DNA from: Candidatus Aminicenantales bacterium
GTDB lineage: Bacteria > Acidobacteriota > Aminicenantia > Aminicenantales > Saccharicenantaceae
Length of the DNA: 53,602 nucleotides
Direction: 5' to 3'
NCBI GenBank assembly: GCA_049512315.1
Contig: JBEKXF010000007.1
Span: 62,001 to 115,602, forward strand
Of this stretch, positions 49,032 to 53,602 are shown piece after piece; the stretch's first letter is position 1, and every line of letters begins with the position of its first letter. The position numbers were made by a program, and so were the translations under genes. The notes below the pieces were generated by a model that was not told where the DNA came from, made no database searches, and saw only the letters and a list, made by a program, of their open reading frames with translations.

Positions 49032-50789
49032 ATGAGCCTTCATCCGATCGACCTCGGCATCATCGTTGTCTACCTTCTGGCCGTCGCCATGATCGGCGTC
49101 ATCGTCCGCAGGCGGGCGACGAAAAAGCTCGATTCCTTCTACCTCGCCGACCGGAATGTGCCCTGGTGGATGCTGGGCCTCTCCGGCTGCTCGAGCTACA
49201 TCGACATCGGGGGGACGATGTCCATGATCGGGCTCATCTTCTACCTCGGCCTCAAGTCGATGTGGGCGACGCACATCTTCTGGGGCTGGTTCATGATTTG
49301 TTTCTACATGGCGTTCCAGGCGAAGTACATCCGACGCTCCGGGGTCATGACCTTCGCCGAGTGGAACGAGACGCGCTTCGGCGCGACGAAGGACGCCGAG
49401 GCGGCCCGGCTGGCGGCGGCCATCTTCCTCCTCGTCCTGATGATCTTCAACCTGATGTTCATCAGCGTCGGGACGGGGAAATTCGCCGAGGAGTTCCTGC
49501 CCCTGCCGCGCTGGGAGGCGACGCTCATCGTCCTTGCGGTCGTGGGGGTCTACGTGACCTTGGGCGGCTTCTTCGGCGTCATCCTGACCGACGTTTTCCA
49601 GACGGTCCTCATCGGGATCGGCGCCGTCATTCTGGCTTTCATGGCGTTTGCCAAGCCCGCCGTCGCGACCTTCATCCATAAGGACCCGGCCTGGTTCTCG
49701 CTCGCCCCGACCTGGAAGCTCTGGCCGGGGTTCATGGCGGAGACGCCGCCGGCCTACCAGCATTTCGGGCTGTTCGGGCCGATCCTGGCCGCGGGCTTTT
49801 TCTGGATGATCTTCCGGCTCCTGGCTGGGCCGAATGTCTGGGACTTCCAGTTTTTTCTGACCACGAAGAGCCCGAGGGACGCCCAGCTCGCCGCCGGGAT
49901 GTGGACCGTCGGGTATAACCTCCGCTGGATCCTGGGCTGCGCCTTTATGTTCCTCGGGATTTATTACCTGGGGTCGCAGGCCGGCTTCGACGCCGAGAAG
50001 ATCATGCCCCTCGTCCTCAAGAAAATGTCCGTCGGGCTGCAGGGGCTGTTCATGGCCGTGCTGCTCGCGGCCCTGATGTCGACGATCAGCGCCATGATCA
50101 ACGTCACGAGCTCGGTCGTCATCAACGATTTCATCAAACGTTATTTCGCCAAGAACCTGACCCAGAAGAAGCTCGTCCGGCTCGGGCAGATCGCCTCGGT
50201 CGCCGCGGTCCTCATCGGGTTTGTCTTCTCGCTGTCGTTCTCCAACATCGTCACGGCCTGGGAGACCATGGTCTTCGTCGTCGTGACCGTGATCCTCGTG
50301 CCGGCAACGCTGCGCTGGCATTACTGGCGGTTCGGGGCCAAGGCCTTCGTCTGGAGCATGGGGGTTTCGGCCGGCCTCATCACGATGCGGCTCATTCTCC
50401 TGAAGGGGCTCCACGCCTCGGCGTCGCTGGCGATCGACATGGGGTTGAGCCTCGTGACGACCATGGTCGCCGCGGCGCTCACGAAGCCCGCGGATATGGA
50501 GGTCCTCGTGAAGTTCTACGCGAAAGTCCGGCCCTTCGGCGTCTGGGGGCCGGTGAGGCGGGAGTGCGTGCGGCGCGGCCTTGTCCCGGCGAGAGACAAG
50601 ATGCCGAGAATCGACATCCTCAACGGCCTGGTCACGGCCGCTTTCCAGTTCTCGCTGGCCATCCTGCCGTTCTACCTCTTCCTGCGCAACTGGAAACAGC
50701 TCGCCCTCTGGACGGCGGGCGTGGCGGCTCTGACCATCATCCTTTATTTCACCTGGTACAAGAATCTGCCGGCGAAAGACGAGGTCTAA
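49032..50789 (+). CDS. Sodium:solute symporter
   Basis: FYLA.R..PWW..G.S, about 14 TM segments, LLAALMST. Confidence 0.88.
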   Translation: MSLHPIDLGIIVVYLLAVAMIGVIVRRRATKKLDSFYLADRNVPWWMLGLSGCSSYIDIGGTMSMIGLIFYLGLKSMWATHIFWGWFMICFYMAFQAKYIRRSGVMTFAEWNETRFGATKDAEAARLAAAIFLLVLMIFNLMFISVGTGKFAEEFLPLPRWEATLIVLAVVGVYVTLGGFFGVILTDVFQTVLIGIGAVILAFMAFAKPAVATFIHKDPAWFSLAPTWKLWPGFMAETPPAYQHFGLFGPILAAGFFWMIFRLLAGPNVWDFQFFLTTKSPRDAQLAAGMWTVGYNLRWILGCAFMFLGIYYLGSQAGFDAEKIMPLVLKKMSVGLQGLFMAVLLAALMSTISAMINVTSSVVINDFIKRYFAKNLTQKKLVRLGQIASVAAVLIGFVFSLSFSNIVTAWETMVFVVVTVILVPATLRWHYWRFGAKAFVWSMGVSAGLITMRLILLKGLHASASLAIDMGLSLVTTMVAAALTKPADMEVLVKFYAKVRPFGVWGPVRRECVRRGLVPARDKMPRIDILNGLVTAAFQFSLAILPFYLFLRNWKQLALWTAGVAALTIILYFTWYKNLPAKDEV

Positions 50790-53372
50790 TTGGGGCCAAA
50801 AATAACGGTCCACCTCATCTGCACCGCGCATCTGGATCCCGTCTGGCAGTGGCGGTGGGAGGAGGGCGCGTCCGAGGCCCTGGCGACTTTCCGGAACGCC
50901 GTCGATATCCTCAGCGAACATCCGGGGCTCATCTTCTGCCAGAATGAGGCCGTCCTCTACCAGTGGGTCGAGCGATACGACCCGGCACTTTTCAAAAGCA
51001 TCCGAAGCCTTGTCCGCTCCGGCCGTTGGGCGATCTCCGGCAGCTGGTTCATCCAGCCGGACGTCAATCTCCCGGGCACGGAATCCCTGATACGCCAGAT
51101 CGCCGAGGGCCGGAGGTATTTCACGGAAAAATTCGGGGCCGTGCCGCGCGTCGCCTACAACTTCGACTCCTTCGGCCACGGCGGCGGGCTCCCGCAGATC
51201 CTGAGGCTCGCGGGCTACAAGATGTATATCCACATGCGGCCCCAGAGCCACGAGCTGGCGCTCCCGGCCGACCTCTACCGCTGGCGCGGCGCCGCCGGCA
51301 CGGAGATCTCCGCCTACCGCATTTCCATCGGCCTCTATCATACCGAGCGGGACAATATCGGGGAGCGCCTCGCGGCCGGCGTCGCGCTCGCCCTCGAGCT
51401 CGGCCGCGACGTCCCGGTCTTCTGGGGCCTGGGCAACCACGGCGGCGGGGCGACGCGGGAGGACCTCCGGAGGATCGATGCCTTTATCAAACGGGAAAGG
51501 CGTGTCCGGATCGTCCACAGCACGCCGGACGCCTTCTTCGACGCCGTCCGAGAGGCCACGAAAACGGCGCCCGTCTTCGAAGGCGACCTCCAACGGTGTT
51601 TCACGGGCTGCTACACGTCGCTCTCTCAACTCAAGCGTCAGGCCGTCCGGAGCCTCGGAGGGCTTGTCCAGTCCGAGGCATTGGCCGCAGCCGCCTGGTG
51701 GCTCGCGGACCACGAATTCCCGGCCGAAAAGCTCCGGGAGGCGTGGCGTGCCCACATCTTCAACGACTTCCACGACATCATCACCGGGTCCTGCGTCGAA
51801 CCGGCCGAACAAGACGCCCTCGGTCACTACGGTCGGGCTGACGACATCGCCCGTGGCCTCCGGCTCGGCGCCGTAGCGGTCCTCAACCGCGGCGGGGCGA
51901 AAAGCCCGCCCCTTCCCGTAACGGTCGCGAACGCGAACCCGTCGCTCACCCGCGTCCCTGTCGAATTCGAGTGCATGGCTGATTACAGGCCGTTTGGGAC
52001 AGGGAAGTGGCACCTGCGGCTTTTCCGGCCGGACGGGCGGGCGGTGACCTGCCAGGAAGAACAGCCGGAGGCCCTCCTCCCGTTCAACGACTGGCGCCGG
52101 CGGATCAGCTTCGTCGACGATCTGCCGGGGATCGGAGTTTCGCGCTACGAGCTCAGGGCGTTCGAAGGGACAGCCGGAAAGGAAGGAGATAAAAAGAAAA
52201 AAAAGGAAAGGGGAAAGGGCAATCCTTCTGCGGCCCTGACCCATGGCGTCCGCCGCATGACCGGCCTCGTGGGCTCGCTCAAAACCCTCGCGGGTTTGGA
52301 ATGCCTGGCCGGTCCTCTCTTCGAACCCCTCGTCATCGAGGACATCGCGGACTCCTGGGGAACGGAGTGTTGGAGCTACCGGAAAATCGCGGGCCGGTTC
52401 AAACCGGAGGGACGGCCCCGAGTGATCGAGAGCGGCCCGGTCCGCACGATCAGCCGATCCGTTCACTCCTTTCGTAAGAGCCGGATCGTCATGGACCGCT
52501 ATTCCTACCCGGACTGGCCGGTCCTCGAATTCCGGCTGCGCATCACCTGGGACGAGGAGCGGCGGAGGCTCAAGCTGCGCATCCCCACGAGCTTGGCCGC
52601 CCCTTCCGTGATCTGCGAAGTCCCCGGTGCCGCGCTCCGCCGGCCCTCCGACGGCGATGAGCACGTCCACGGCCGCTGGCTCCTTGTCGAAGGCCGGGTG
52701 AAGGGGCGGCCGGCCGCCCTGGGTGTCGCGACGGGCGGCCAGCACGGATTTGATTTCCAGGACGGCGAGGTCCGGCTCTCGGTCCTCAGGAGCGCCGCCT
52801 ACTGCCATGAGCGCGGGTTCGACCTCAACGCCGCGGGCGAGGACACGAGGACACGCACCCCGGATCCACGTCCCCGGAGCTGGAAATTCATGGACATCGG
52901 CGTCCACGAAATCCGGCTCCTGGTGACGGCCGGGGACCCCGAAAAGGTCAGGGCCATGGTTCCGGGGCTGGCCGACTATCTGGCCGCGCCGCCGGCGGTA
53001 TATTCACATCTTCCGATAGGAATATGGGATAATACGAGGGAGCTCTTGACATTGACCCCGGCCAGTATCCGCCTCCTCGCCTGCAAGCGATCCTCCGCCG
53101 GCGAGGCCCTGATCGTCAGGCTCCAGGAGACGGCGGGCAAGAGGATGCGGGTGAAGCTGAGCATTGGGGTGCCGGGGTTCAGGATGCACGGGCCGACTGC
53201 GGAGGAGATGATAGTGGAGATGGCCGCTCCTCCCTCCCCTCGGTCACGGAGAAGAAGGAAAATCCTCCCGCGAGTTCAAATTCCGCTCGCTTTCAAGCCC
53301 TTCGAAATCAAGACCGTGCGCGTCGAGAAGGATGGGCGATGGAGCGAGGTCCGGATGATCGAGGAGAATTGA
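50790..53372 (+). CDS. Glycoside hydrolase family 38 (alpha-mannosidase-like)
   Basis: AHLDPVWQW, PDVNLP..ESLIRQ, DSFGH, G.GNHGGG, FHDII.G; TTG start abuts the symporter stop. Confidence 0.87.
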   Translation: MGPKITVHLICTAHLDPVWQWRWEEGASEALATFRNAVDILSEHPGLIFCQNEAVLYQWVERYDPALFKSIRSLVRSGRWAISGSWFIQPDVNLPGTESLIRQIAEGRRYFTEKFGAVPRVAYNFDSFGHGGGLPQILRLAGYKMYIHMRPQSHELALPADLYRWRGAAGTEISAYRISIGLYHTERDNIGERLAAGVALALELGRDVPVFWGLGNHGGGATREDLRRIDAFIKRERRVRIVHSTPDAFFDAVREATKTAPVFEGDLQRCFTGCYTSLSQLKRQAVRSLGGLVQSEALAAAAWWLADHEFPAEKLREAWRAHIFNDFHDIITGSCVEPAEQDALGHYGRADDIARGLRLGAVAVLNRGGAKSPPLPVTVANANPSLTRVPVEFECMADYRPFGTGKWHLRLFRPDGRAVTCQEEQPEALLPFNDWRRRISFVDDLPGIGVSRYELRAFEGTAGKEGDKKKKKERGKGNPSAALTHGVRRMTGLVGSLKTLAGLECLAGPLFEPLVIEDIADSWGTECWSYRKIAGRFKPEGRPRVIESGPVRTISRSVHSFRKSRIVMDRYSYPDWPVLEFRLRITWDEERRRLKLRIPTSLAAPSVICEVPGAALRRPSDGDEHVHGRWLLVEGRVKGRPAALGVATGGQHGFDFQDGEVRLSVLRSAAYCHERGFDLNAAGEDTRTRTPDPRPRSWKFMDIGVHEIRLLVTAGDPEKVRAMVPGLADYLAAPPAVYSHLPIGIWDNTRELLTLTPASIRLLACKRSSAGEALIVRLQETAGKRMRVKLSIGVPGFRMHGPTAEEMIVEMAAPPSPRSRRRRKILPRVQIPLAFKPFEIKTVRVEKDGRWSEVRMIEEN

Positions 53373-53483
53373 GTCCTTCTTGAACACGCTGATGCCGCTC
53401 AGCCGATTTCCCCGACATGAGATCAGGATGAGGGAATGGGATGGAGGCCAAGGGCGAAATGTTTTCGATGGGTGAGGGGATTC

Positions 53484-53602
53484 TGTTGCGGCAACGTGAT
53501 AATTTCCGCTTTGGGCAACGTGAATATTTCCGCTTTTTTGGGCTAAGGTACTCCTCCGGACAGGAGGAGGGCCGGCCCCGTGCGAGAGGAACTGATCACG
53601 TT
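53484..53602 (+). mobile_element. Left end of a probable IS21-family insertion sequence with the start of its transposase (truncated by the window)
   Basis: TGT end followed by tandem 23-bp repeats GGCAACGTGA(TA/AT)ATTTCCGCTTT (53490-53512, 53514-53536); AGGAGG RBS, GTG at 53580 (MREELIT...). Confidence 0.6.

Noticed and set aside
49011..52907. 1298-aa minus-strand ORF
   Set aside because: Antisense shadow of the symporter and GH38 genes; no motifs, and typical of high-GC codon bias
53490..53536. CRISPR-like direct repeats
   Set aside because: Only two copies separated by 1 nt, with no spacers and no cas genes

Overview
High-GC bacterial chromosomal segment. Gene content (sulfatase-TPR proteins, many exported peptidases, ftsH-folP-cdaA-cdaR-glmM-pdxJ) suggests an Acidobacteriota/Aminicenantes-like anaerobe; this is inference. 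In order it holds: dcp, tyrS, an Nramp-related transporter plus a soluble MgtE/CBS protein, coupled larE-mnmA, two Thr-type sulfatase-like/TPR genes flanking a TPR gene broken by one in-frame TAA, a capB-capC-pgsW poly-gamma-glutamate module, and a convergent DUF6305 / DctM-like / 49-aa microprotein / aspartoacylase-like module. Next come a PTS EIIA-zinc-ribbon fusion, a RelE-type toxin-antitoxin pair with a clear operator, and a tupABC-moeA-moaC-MOSC-moaA-mog operon behind a probable Moco/Wco riboswitch. The window ends with dus, a highly structured intergenic element, a diheme GEGP-type protein, the ftsH-glmM operon, an SSS transporter-GH38 pair and the left end of a probable IS21-family element. 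The best novelty candidates are the PGA synthesis plus uptake/deacylase locus, the EIIA-Zn-ribbon fusion, the MnmA lacking its third canonical Cys while coupled to LarE, and the W-cofactor regulon with the diheme protein. All family calls come from motif recognition by eye; no database searches were run.
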